Positions 26,219-35,272 of a stretch of 64,000 bases of DNA are shown piece by piece (the first letter of the stretch is position 1; every line of letters begins with the position of its first letter). The notes beneath the pieces are model-generated. The model saw nothing but the letters and a program-made list of their open reading frames with translations, had not been told where the DNA came from and searched no databases. Origin of the DNA: an uncultured Acidobacteriota bacterium (GTDB lineage: Bacteria; Acidobacteriota; Terriglobia; Acidiferrales; UBA7541); the NCBI GenBank assembly GCA_963703805.1, contig CAVPFO010000002.1:54694-118693 (forward strand). Direction: 5' to 3'. Both the position numbers and the translations under genes were made by a program.

Positions 26219-27880
26219 TCACAAGGAGTGCGAGGCTGCCGCGATTCCCTTCCCAGACGCGTCTTTGTCAGTGGGCTTCAGTGACCTACTGGTGGCGCCT
26301 TCCTGGGAACTCCGCTGAAACTGAGATAGTGCGTCAAGAATTGCCTGGCCGTAAAGCTGCGCTTTGCGTTCACCAAAGCCCGAGACTTGCAGCAACTCCT
26401 GAATCGAAGATGGGCGCACGCGGCACAACTCTTCGAGAGACGTATCATGCATGACGACAAACGCAGGGACGCCTTGCGCTTTAGACACGTTGCGCCGCCA
26501 TTCACGAAGATGCTCGCGAAGGCTGGAACCCGCGCATCCTGAAGCGGAAGCGCCTGGTCCTTTTTCTACAGGGTGAGCTACTGCGCGCTGAGCGGTATGC
26601 GCCTTCGGTCCGAGAATCTTGCGCGTTCGCTTACTCGGAGTTTCATTGGCGTCCACGAGCCATTCCAAACCAACGCCGCAGACGTCACACGCGCCACAGG
26701 AATTCCATTTCGGCGTTTCGCCAAAATGTACGCAGATGCGGCGATGGCGGCAGGTTTTTGCTTCAGCGAACTGGCGAATTTCATCGTAGCGCCGCCAGGC
26801 GCCCTGTTTTTCGACCGGGTCGCTGATCTGGTGGATGAAATGAACGAGCAAGCCAACGTCGCGTTTTTGCCAGAGGAGCAAGCAATCCGCAGGATGGCCG
26901 TCGCGGCCGGCGCGTCCCGCTTCCTGATAATACTGCTCGATGGATTTTGGCAGCGAGAGATGAACCACGGCGCGCACGGCAGCCTTATTGATTCCCAACC
27001 CAAAGGCAACCGTGCCGACCAATACACGCACTTCGTCCGACATCCAGCGCTCCTGATTGCGCCGGCGGATTGTGGACTCCATTTGCCCGTGATAAGCGAT
27101 CGCGGCGATTCCTTTCTCCTCGAGAAACTCCACGGTTTCTTCCACACGCGCAATGGTAGGTGCATAGACAATCATGTTGCTGCCCTCATGCTTCTTCACT
27201 GCACGCAAGAGCACGCTCGACTGTGTGCGTGCGTCGCACTGCCGGGCGATATAGCGAAGGTTCGGGCGGTGAAAGCTGGCGATGTATTTGTGCGGATCGC
27301 GCAGGCGCAACTGGGCAATGATGTCATGCCGTACCTGACGGGTAGCGCTGGCGGTGAAGGCGGCGATGGCGCGATTTGGGAAATTTTGGCGCAGGCTACT
27401 GAGCTGGCGGTATTCGGGACGGAATTCATGCCCCCATTCAGAAATGCAATGCGCTTCATCGATGGCAAAGAAGGAAATCGGAACGCGTTGCAGCCAAGTG
27501 ACGGTATCCGGCCGCGCGAGCCTCTCGGGGGAAAGGTATAACAGGCGATACTCGCCGCTGCGAGCCTTCTCGCAAATCGCGGACTGCTCGGCTCCTGAGA
27601 GCGAGCTATTGAGAAACGCCGCGCTCAGGCCCATCTGCGAAAGCTGTGCGACTTGATCCTGCATCAGCGCAATCAGCGGCGAGACGACGATGACGGTTTG
27701 CCCGCTGAGAATTGCCGCAGGCAACTGGTAGCACAGGGATTTGCCGCCGCCCGTAGGTAAAACCACGCACGTATCCTGGTGCGCCAACAGGCTGCGCACG
27801 ATGCGCTCCTGAAACGGGCGGAAAGAATCATAGCCCCAATAGCGCCGCAGCGGTGTTGCCAGGTCGGGATTTGGCGTCAC
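26219..27880 (-). CDS. recQ: RecQ-family ATP-dependent DNA helicase
   Basis: FRPFQE, Walker A PTGGGKS, DEAH box FAIDEAHC. RQC zinc cluster CRHRRICVHF...CGACDVC. C-terminal HRDC-like region. Confidence 0.88.
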   Translation of the reverse strand: MTPNPDLATPLRRYWGYDSFRPFQERIVRSLLAHQDTCVVLPTGGGKSLCYQLPAAILSGQTVIVVSPLIALMQDQVAQLSQMGLSAAFLNSSLSGAEQSAICEKARSGEYRLLYLSPERLARPDTVTWLQRVPISFFAIDEAHCISEWGHEFRPEYRQLSSLRQNFPNRAIAAFTASATRQVRHDIIAQLRLRDPHKYIASFHRPNLRYIARQCDARTQSSVLLRAVKKHEGSNMIVYAPTIARVEETVEFLEEKGIAAIAYHGQMESTIRRRNQERWMSDEVRVLVGTVAFGLGINKAAVRAVVHLSLPKSIEQYYQEAGRAGRDGHPADCLLLWQKRDVGLLVHFIHQISDPVEKQGAWRRYDEIRQFAEAKTCRHRRICVHFGETPKWNSCGACDVCGVGLEWLVDANETPSKRTRKILGPKAHTAQRAVAHPVEKGPGASASGCAGSSLREHLREWRRNVSKAQGVPAFVVMHDTSLEELCRVRPSSIQELLQVSGFGERKAQLYGQAILDALSQFQRSSQEGATSRSLKPTDKDASGKGIAAASHSL

Positions 27881-27930
27881 CTACGCAGTATAGTGCCGCG
27901 AGTAAGGCCGGTCTATGCGGGCAGAGGTTA

Positions 27931-29010
27931 TCAAGGAGTGGGCTTCCCGAACGTTACGCGAAGACCCGTGGTCAGGATGGTGTCATTTTTCTTGAGGCCG
28001 TTGATGGGATTGCTGAGGAATTGATCGTTGTATGTGACTTGCCAGCTCAGCCAACCTTTTAGCGCTGCCGCCGCGGTGGCATTGAAAAGAAACCGGTACT
28101 GGCCGCGTTCCGACGTGTTAACGTCAGGATAAAGGGAAAGGGTTTCGCCCAAGGTGAACCGTTTGCCAAACTTCATAGATAAATCTTCTCCCAGCAGAAC
28201 TTCAGCGCTCTTGCGCGTCAGATTTGTGGAGAAATATTCCTGTTCGTAAGTGGCGCCGCCCAATAGATCGAAGGTCGTATGCGCGCTTTTTATGACGTGG
28301 TAGCCGGCCCCGCCGCCAAGCGTATTGCGCAGATTCAAATCCTGGAATTGGTCAAATTGGAAGTCGGTTTGCGCGAAGACGAAGATGCGCGGGCTTACGT
28401 TGAGATCGCCGCGCACGCCGCCCTGAATGTCATGTGCCGTTGTGATCGTGGTTCCGGTGGTGGAATTATTCGCGTAGATCGCCGTGGTGTACACGGAGAT
28501 TTTGTCGCGATCGGAAGTGCGCGTCGCGGTGCCGGAAAGATTGTAGTTGAGGGTTTCCGAGTTGCCCCGGGTTACGTTGAAGCCGGTATCCACCACGCCG
28601 CTCCAGAGATCGGCCAGCCCCGGATGAAGGACCTCGCGCTCGTAAACAGCCTCCGCGGAATCATCCCGGATTGCAGTGACATCAGCTTTCGCGGCGCTGA
28701 CGCTTCCGGTGTTCTTGGTTGCGACGATCAAGGTGTCGTTGTTGGTGGTCACCGATCCAACGACGGTCTCGCCACCTTTTAAGGCGACATGCAAGGCCTG
28801 CGAAGACTCGATGGCCGTTACCGCCGCCCACTGGATTTTGAGCTCGCCCGCGTAGTCTGTCTTCAGGACCAGCGTTTTGGCGTCCGAACTCTCGATGGTT
28901 CCGGTTAGATGATCGCCATTCTTCAACGACACCGTGTCGGCGGATACGGTCGAACCAATCGCCAGAGCAAAAAGAAACACTATCACAGCTTGAACGACGC
29001 TCTTATGCAT
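27931..29010 (-). CDS. DUF481-family outer-membrane protein
   Basis: Signal peptide MHKSVVQAVIVFLFALAIGSTVSA after a GGGGAG RBS. The C-terminal beta-rich region ends ...WQVTYNDQFLSNPINGLKKNDTILTTGLRVTF, typical of DUF481. Confidence 0.65.
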   Translation of the reverse strand: MHKSVVQAVIVFLFALAIGSTVSADTVSLKNGDHLTGTIESSDAKTLVLKTDYAGELKIQWAAVTAIESSQALHVALKGGETVVGSVTTNNDTLIVATKNTGSVSAAKADVTAIRDDSAEAVYEREVLHPGLADLWSGVVDTGFNVTRGNSETLNYNLSGTATRTSDRDKISVYTTAIYANNSTTGTTITTAHDIQGGVRGDLNVSPRIFVFAQTDFQFDQFQDLNLRNTLGGGAGYHVIKSAHTTFDLLGGATYEQEYFSTNLTRKSAEVLLGEDLSMKFGKRFTLGETLSLYPDVNTSERGQYRFLFNATAAAALKGWLSWQVTYNDQFLSNPINGLKKNDTILTTGLRVTFGKPTP

Positions 29011-29211
29011 GACACTCCCCTTTGAGGCTTTCATTTGATTGACTTGAGCAGAAATCCGTGACCGGCACATAAAGAGCCCCACCCGATTCGCGTGGTATCC
29101 TTGCTACGCGCTTCGAACGCAAGCAGTCGCGAACTGTGCAGAGGGCGAGGGAAGCAATTTTGCGGGAGCACTGCCAATCGGGCATGCGCTTGAGATTGTG
29201 CGGAAATCACG

Positions 29212-29958
29212 GTGAGTGACCTGACCCCGACGCCTCAGGAAACCCCTGCGACGCGTCAACCCGTGGCGGGCGCTCCGCATACGATAGGCCTGATCGCTTT
29301 AGTGCTCGTGTGGGCCTACGTGGGAATGCGCACTGCCCATCAAATTCGCGGGGGAATTCCACTGCCCGGCGGGAGCAAGATCCTGCTCTACCTTCCTACG
29401 TTTGTCTTTGAATGGATTCTATTCGCGTATATCGCCATTGGCTTGCGCCGGCGCGGAATCCTGATGCAGGAGATTACCGGAAGGATTTTCACCGGCGGCA
29501 AGGAATTGCTGCGCGATCTCGGCTTGGCGTTGCTGTTCTGGCCTACGGCGCTCGTAATTCTTGGCTTGGTCTCCTATGCTCTGCATATCGGCGCGAAGCT
29601 TCAATCCAGTATAAGATTCCTGTTGCCGCAAACTCCCGCTGAAATCGCTGCGTGGATCGTGCTTTCCGTGACTGCGGGGATTTGCGAAGAGACGATTTTT
29701 CGAGGTTATCTGCAGCGGCAATTCATAAGCTGGAGCGGAAATGCCGTCGCGGGCATTTTGCTCTCCGCCGCACTTTTTGGCGCCGCGCACATTTATCAAG
29801 GGGGGCGCCAAGCAATCGTGATCGGCGTATTTGGAATGCTGTTTGGCATCCTGGCGGAATCGCGGGGAAGTTTGCGGCCGGGCATGATCGCCCACGCCTG
29901 GCAAGATACGTTCAGCGGAATCCTCGGGAGCCTGCTGGCCAGACGCCTCCCTTCCTGA
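29212..29958 (+). CDS. CPBP-family intramembrane glutamic endopeptidase
   Basis: Motifs EETIFRGYLQ, FGAAH and HAWQD in a polytopic protein. GTG start. Confidence 0.8.
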   Translation: MSDLTPTPQETPATRQPVAGAPHTIGLIALVLVWAYVGMRTAHQIRGGIPLPGGSKILLYLPTFVFEWILFAYIAIGLRRRGILMQEITGRIFTGGKELLRDLGLALLFWPTALVILGLVSYALHIGAKLQSSIRFLLPQTPAEIAAWIVLSVTAGICEETIFRGYLQRQFISWSGNAVAGILLSAALFGAAHIYQGGRQAIVIGVFGMLFGILAESRGSLRPGMIAHAWQDTFSGILGSLLARRLPS

Positions 29959-30035
29959 ATTTCAAGACCGGCGGGTGCAACTCTTGCCGGTAGCCATACG
30001 TAGAAATAAGTGAGAGGACAAGACCGTCCACAAGC

Positions 30036-30749
30036 ATGAACGATACGCAACCGGCTTTGGAAGCCAAAGATGTAACGCGGCATTACGCGATGGGCGAGAC
30101 GCTGATCCGCGCGGTGGATGGAGTTTCGCTCAGCGTCGCACCCGGGGAGTTCGTGGCGCTTTTAGGAAGCTCGGGCTCGGGTAAGTCTACGCTGCTAAAT
30201 CTTATCGCGGGGCTCGACCGCCCTACCAGCGGCGCGGTTCTAGCGCACGGCCGGAATCTCGCCGAGATGTCCGGCGACGAACTGGCGCAGCATCGCAATC
30301 GCACCGTGGGGATGGTGTTTCAGGCGTTTAATTTGCTGCCGCGAATGTCCCTCGAAGAAAACGTGGAACTGCCGCTGCGCCTGGCAGAGGCGGAATACGA
30401 TATGCGCGCCGGCCGGGTACGCGAATCGCTCGAACGCGTAGGGCTAGGGGCGCGTATGAAGCACCGGCCGAGCGAACTGAGCGGCGGCGAGCAGCAACGC
30501 GCCTCGCTGGCGCGGGCGCTGGTCAATCGTCCCACGATTCTGCTTGCCGACGAGCCTACCGGAAATCTCGACAGCCGCACCGGCGAAGAGATCATGAGCT
30601 ATATTGCGCAATTCAATCGCGAGATGGGGATGACGGTGCTGCTGGTGACGCACGAGCCGGGGCTCGCAGAGCGCTACACGCATCGGCAGTTTTATCTGAA
30701 GGATGGAAAGATGAGCAACGGTCTGCAAGCCAGCGGAGGCGCAGCGTGA
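30036..30749 (+). CDS. ABC transporter ATP-binding protein (MacB/LolD-like)
   Basis: Walker A GSSGSGKST, signature LSGGEQQR, Walker B LLADEPT. Confidence 0.9.
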   Translation: MNDTQPALEAKDVTRHYAMGETLIRAVDGVSLSVAPGEFVALLGSSGSGKSTLLNLIAGLDRPTSGAVLAHGRNLAEMSGDELAQHRNRTVGMVFQAFNLLPRMSLEENVELPLRLAEAEYDMRAGRVRESLERVGLGARMKHRPSELSGGEQQRASLARALVNRPTILLADEPTGNLDSRTGEEIMSYIAQFNREMGMTVLLVTHEPGLAERYTHRQFYLKDGKMSNGLQASGGAA

Positions 30750-32119
30750 AGACGCGAGACTTGGTGGACCTGGCGTCGCGCAATTTGCGCGAGGCGGCGC
30801 TGCGAAACAGCCTGACCACGGCGGGAATCGCCGTGGGGGTGGCGTCGCTCGTGGCCATGCTGTCGCTCGGAATTGGCTTGCAAACACTAACGCTCAGCCG
30901 CCTCGAGGGCACCGGACTTTTCAACACGATTTACGTTTACCCTAAAACAAATCGCGGTGGGCGCGGAGGACGCGGTGGTGAAGTCCCGGACGAAGCGCGG
31001 CCCGGCGACATCAAGATGCTAACGGACCAAATCCGCGAGCAGCTCGCGGCGATGCCGCACGTGGTGGAGGTTTTTCCAGAACTGCGCTTCACCGCCGATC
31101 TGCGTTACGCCGGGGCGGGACATGTGACGTCCGCCGCCAGCGTGCCGGGCACGGCCAAGGGCACGGGGCAATTTGACTCCGTGCAAGGCTCGTTCTTCTC
31201 GAACGAATCGGCTCCGGAAGCGATTTTGCATATGGACCTCGCCAAGCAAATGGCGGACGAGGCCAAAATTCAGCCCACGGATTTGATCGGCCAGGAAGTG
31301 GTGCTGAGGTACCCGCAGCGTAAGCCGGTGCCGGCGGCGCCAAACCAGTCCTCCGCCGACCAGGCCGCGAACGACGAATTTGGCATGGGTTTCACGATCG
31401 CGCCCGCCGAAACGAAAGTGAAGATCGTGGGATTGGTGGAAAACGAGCAAGCAGGTCCGGGCGGACTCGGCGGAGTGCGCATTTTGCTGCCATTGCAATT
31501 TGTGGAGCAATTGAACGCCGTACAGGGGTCGGACGTGCGCTCGGTGGTACAAAGCCCGGACGAACACCTCTACGCGAGTTTGACGGTAAAAGTGGACGAT
31601 CCCAAGCGGGTGACCGATATCGAGCCTTCGATCAAGCAGATGGGCTTCAATACATTTTCGCTTTTTGACGCGACGCGCAACCTACACATCATTTTTACAG
31701 TACTCGATCTATTCTTAGGAATGTTTGGCAGTCTGGCGCTCGCGGTAGCGTCGCTGGGCATTATCAATACACTCGTGATGGCGATTCTTGAGCGGAGGCG
31801 CGAGATCGGCGTGCTCAAAGCTCTTGGGGCCGCGGACCGCGATGTGCGCCGGCTATTTTTCGCCGAGGCTGGCGTGATGGGTCTTGCCGGCGGCGCGCTG
31901 GGCGTGTTCCTCGGATGGGCCATCGGAAAAATCATCAATTTTGGCATCAATATTTATCTGCACTCGCAGAACCTCCAACCGGAGAAGGTCTGGTTCGTGC
32001 CCTGGTGGCTGGTGGGCGCGGCCATCGGCTTCTCCGTCGTGGTGAGCCTCGCCGCCGGACTTTACCCCGCGGCGCGAGCGGCGCGCCTCGATCCCGTGCA
32101 AGCATTGCGCTACGAATAG
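30746..32119 (+). CDS. ABC transporter permease (MacB-type periplasmic domain + FtsX domain)
   Basis: GTG start overlaps the ATPase stop (GTGA). C-terminal FtsX region ERRREIGVLKALGA...LYPAARAARLDPVQALRYE. Confidence 0.85.
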   Translation: MKTRDLVDLASRNLREAALRNSLTTAGIAVGVASLVAMLSLGIGLQTLTLSRLEGTGLFNTIYVYPKTNRGGRGGRGGEVPDEARPGDIKMLTDQIREQLAAMPHVVEVFPELRFTADLRYAGAGHVTSAASVPGTAKGTGQFDSVQGSFFSNESAPEAILHMDLAKQMADEAKIQPTDLIGQEVVLRYPQRKPVPAAPNQSSADQAANDEFGMGFTIAPAETKVKIVGLVENEQAGPGGLGGVRILLPLQFVEQLNAVQGSDVRSVVQSPDEHLYASLTVKVDDPKRVTDIEPSIKQMGFNTFSLFDATRNLHIIFTVLDLFLGMFGSLALAVASLGIINTLVMAILERRREIGVLKALGAADRDVRRLFFAEAGVMGLAGGALGVFLGWAIGKIINFGINIYLHSQNLQPEKVWFVPWWLVGAAIGFSVVVSLAAGLYPAARAARLDPVQALRYE

Positions 32120-32140
32120 GAGTGTCTTTCCCCTTGACGA

Positions 32141-32174
32141 TAACTGACGGGAAGCGTAGCCTCTCTGTCAGTTA
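32141..32174. promoter_or_regulatory. 8-bp inverted repeat TAACTGAC-N18-GTCAGTTA overlapping a TTGACG -35-like hexamer upstream of padR
   Basis: Seen directly. TTGACG at 32134-32139, with TAGCCT 17 nt downstream as a weak -10. Candidate autoregulatory operator. Confidence 0.35.
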
Positions 32175-32190
32175 ATGAGGGGAGCGCGCT

Positions 32191-32520
32191 TTGAGCAAGC
32201 CTACCGAACTCGTTCAGGGCACGCTGGATTTGCTGATCCTTAAGACGCTGCAACTCGATCCTTCTCACGGCTGGGCGATTGCCAAGCGTATTCGGCAGGT
32301 TTCAAACAGCGTTCTGCGCGTGAATCAGGGCGCTTTGTATCCCGCACTTCATCGCCTCGAACAGCAGGGCTGGATCAAAGCCGAATGGGGCGAGTCTGAA
32401 AACAACCGCCGGGCGAAATACTATTCGCTCACCGCGGCCGGCAAGAAATTCCTCCACAAAGAAGAGGCGAACTGGGCACGGCTCTCGCAGGCCATCGGGT
32501 TGGTTCTAGACATGGCGTGA
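32191..32520 (+). CDS. PadR-family transcriptional regulator
   Basis: [30 protein letters not shown]...[35 protein letters not shown] is a canonical PadR winged helix. TTG start after GAGGGGA. Confidence 0.9.
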   Translation: MSKPTELVQGTLDLLILKTLQLDPSHGWAIAKRIRQVSNSVLRVNQGALYPALHRLEQQGWIKAEWGESENNRRAKYYSLTAAGKKFLHKEEANWARLSQAIGLVLDMA

Positions 32521-32528
32521 GGCACAGT

Positions 32529-35255
32529 ATGCGCTGGCTCGACAAAATCCGACTTCGGGTTCGTTCCCTTCTTCAGAAGCCTGCCGTGGATCGTGAACTC
32601 GATGAGGAAGTTCGTTTTCACCTCGAGCGGCAAATCCAGGAGAACATCACCGCGGGGATGTCGCCTGAGGAAGCTTTGCGTGCGGCGCGGATTGAGTTTG
32701 GCGCTGCTCCAACTGTTCAGGAAGAGTGCCGGGAAGCGCGGGGCCTAACGTTTCTGCAGGACGTGGCCCGGGACGTGCGCGTCGCTCTGCGAACGCTTCG
32801 CAAGAATCCTGGATTCGCCGCGGTCACCATTCTGACGCTCGCGCTCGTAATCGGCGCGAATTCCGCCATTTTCAGCGCCATCTACACCCTCGTGTTCCGG
32901 CGCCTGCCGTACAAAGATCCGAATCAACTCGTAGCCATTTGGGATTCGAATCGCCACACCGGCGTGGATCACATCCCCGTCATGGAAGGATCGTACCCGA
33001 TCCTGCACGACCGGGCGAAAAGCTTCAGCGGCATGGCGGCATTCGTAGGCGGCATCGGCCAAGCCGATATGTTCCAGGCACGAATCTGGGGCACCGAGGA
33101 GCGCGTCACCGAAATTGGCTGTACGTCGGAGCTCTTTCCCTTGCTCGGTGTCTCGCCTTTCATCGGGCATTCTTTTGATCCCCGTGGCGATGTAAACAAC
33201 GATCTCAACGCTTACCCTCCGCCGCGAGGTTCTGCAATTCTTAGCTACTCCTTCTGGCAGCGGCACTACGGCGCGAGTCCCGACGCGATTGGCAAGACGC
33301 TTTCGATTAACGACTTGGGCGTGCGATACGATTCCACAATCGTTGGCGTGATGCCCGCCAGTTTCGAATTTCCCTATCCTCTGCATCCTACTAAGCCCGA
33401 CATTTGGTTCCAGCGAGGAGTGAAAAACAGCGGCTTCTCTCCGGGACAGGTGCTGCAAGTCGTCGCCCGTCTTCAGCCTCGGGCTAGCCTGGGAACGGCG
33501 CAGGCGGAACTCGATACCATCGCCGACTCTATCCGCCGTGACCATGCCAAGTATTACGAGGCCGAGTACGTAACCGCCGTTCCCCTGCGATCGGAACTGA
33601 CCCGCGACGCTCGACCCATTCTTTGGGCACTCCTCATGGCGCTAAGCTTCGTGCTGTTGATAGGATGCGCCAATATCGGCAACCTGATGCTGATGCGCGC
33701 GGTCTCGCGTGAAAAGGAAATGGCGGTTCGTGTGGCGCTGGGCGCAGGCAAATTGGCGCTGATTCGTCAGATGCTCGCCGAAACCACGCTGCTCTCGCTG
33801 AGCGGTGGCGCGATTGGGCTCCTTTTGGCGCATTGGTGCCTGCGTGTGATCGTGGCCCGGATTCCAGCGTCCATTTACATTCCGCGCGCGAATTCGGTAG
33901 CGCTGGAATCTGGTGTTCTGGTCTGCTGCGTGGCCGCGTCGGTGGTTGCCGCCGCGTTTTTTAGCCTGCTGCCGGGCCTACGCTTGGCGCGGCCCGACCT
34001 GAACCGCGTGATCAACGCCGCCACCGCCGCCCCGGATCGGCCCGCCATTTCGATTTTCCGCCGGCCCGGAAGCCTGCTGCTGATCTCGGAAGTGTCTCTG
34101 GCCGTTGTGCTGCTTACCGGTACGGTCCTTTTAGCGAAAAGCCTAAAGAGGCTGATTGACGTCAATCTTCACTTTCAACCCGAGCATTTGCTCGTGATGG
34201 ACTGGTCGTTTTCGAACGCGTTCATCCTGGCGCATCAATCTGATTCCGTATACGCAGCCGCCTTTTCCCAGATCGAGCGGGAAGTCGAAGGCATACCGGG
34301 CGTGAAGGCCGTCGCGTTCGCGGACGGGTTCCCGTTCGGCAACGGCCCGGACACGCAGCAGTTCAAGGCGGACGGCGGCGGCGGTCCGATTGCCCAAAGC
34401 TATCAGCCTGCGGAAGCGCATGTGGTCTCGCCAAGTTTCTTTGAAATGATGGGAATGACCCTCGAACGCGGGCGCTGGCTCGCGGATAGCGACACTCCAA
34501 AGTCGCTTCCCGTCGTCGTCATCAATCAGGCGATGGCGGAACGATATTGGCCGGGAGCAGAGGCGCTCGGTCAGCGGGTCCAGCCGTATTTTCGCTATAG
34601 CGACAAGCCCATTTCGTACGTGGTCGTGGGGATCGTTCACGAACCGCAGCGCTTCGGCAACGGAGGGACGCCCAAGCCAGCGGTCTATCTGGCCTCAGCG
34701 CAAGCGGTGTTCGCTTCCGACACGATCCTGGTACGCACGTCCGCCGATCCGCGAAGCCTAGCCGGCCCGCTGCGCAATGCGGCTTTGAAGCTGGCACCCG
34801 GCCAGATGTTCGTGAGCCAGGTGCGCACCGGAGATGATCTAATTTCGGAATCGAGCGCCCGCTCGCGCATCACCGTGATTTTGCTCGCAAGTTTTGCGGG
34901 CCTTGCCTTGGTGCTTGGGATGATCGGAATCTACGGCCTGATTTCGTACTACACAGCACAGCGAACGCGCGAAATCGGAATTCGCATGGCGCTGGGCGCG
35001 ACGCCCCTCAAGGTGTTCCGGCTAGTGCTGAAAGAAGGAATGTCTCTCGTGAGTATCGGGCTGGCGTTGGGTTTGATCTTCGGGTATGGATTCGGCAAGA
35101 GCCTCGCGAACTTGCTTTACGCTACGTCTCCAGGGGACCTCGTTTCGTTCGCGGTCGCCGCTGCGGTTTTTGGCGTGGTCGCATTCGCGGCTTGTTACAT
35201 TCCCGCGCGGCGCGCCACTCGCGTAGATCCGATGACCGCGCTTCGTGCGGAGTAG
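32529..35255 (+). CDS. ADOP-family duplicated (two FtsX domains) ABC-type permease
   Basis: N-terminal MRWLDKIRLRVRSLLQKPAVDRELDEEVRFHLE leader. Two MacB_PCD/FtsX modules, ending REIGIRMALGA...ARRATRVDPMTALRAE. The ORF also opens at GTG 32517, overlapping the padR stop. Confidence 0.85.
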   Translation: MRWLDKIRLRVRSLLQKPAVDRELDEEVRFHLERQIQENITAGMSPEEALRAARIEFGAAPTVQEECREARGLTFLQDVARDVRVALRTLRKNPGFAAVTILTLALVIGANSAIFSAIYTLVFRRLPYKDPNQLVAIWDSNRHTGVDHIPVMEGSYPILHDRAKSFSGMAAFVGGIGQADMFQARIWGTEERVTEIGCTSELFPLLGVSPFIGHSFDPRGDVNNDLNAYPPPRGSAILSYSFWQRHYGASPDAIGKTLSINDLGVRYDSTIVGVMPASFEFPYPLHPTKPDIWFQRGVKNSGFSPGQVLQVVARLQPRASLGTAQAELDTIADSIRRDHAKYYEAEYVTAVPLRSELTRDARPILWALLMALSFVLLIGCANIGNLMLMRAVSREKEMAVRVALGAGKLALIRQMLAETTLLSLSGGAIGLLLAHWCLRVIVARIPASIYIPRANSVALESGVLVCCVAASVVAAAFFSLLPGLRLARPDLNRVINAATAAPDRPAISIFRRPGSLLLISEVSLAVVLLTGTVLLAKSLKRLIDVNLHFQPEHLLVMDWSFSNAFILAHQSDSVYAAAFSQIEREVEGIPGVKAVAFADGFPFGNGPDTQQFKADGGGGPIAQSYQPAEAHVVSPSFFEMMGMTLERGRWLADSDTPKSLPVVVINQAMAERYWPGAEALGQRVQPYFRYSDKPISYVVVGIVHEPQRFGNGGTPKPAVYLASAQAVFASDTILVRTSADPRSLAGPLRNAALKLAPGQMFVSQVRTGDDLISESSARSRITVILLASFAGLALVLGMIGIYGLISYYTAQRTREIGIRMALGATPLKVFRLVLKEGMSLVSIGLALGLIFGYGFGKSLANLLYATSPGDLVSFAVAAAVFGVVAFAACYIPARRATRVDPMTALRAE

Positions 35256-35272
35256 GGGTCCGGGGACAATCA

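Noticed and set aside
26573-27541. 322-aa plus-strand ORF inside recQ
   Set aside because: It is entirely antisense to a well-supported RecQ gene, with low-complexity Ala/Arg/Gly-rich translation typical of GC-rich antisense frames. The same reasoning applies to 269-982, 4369-5085, 32745-33545, 39138-40082, 44497-45231, 50435-51226 and 56511-57425.
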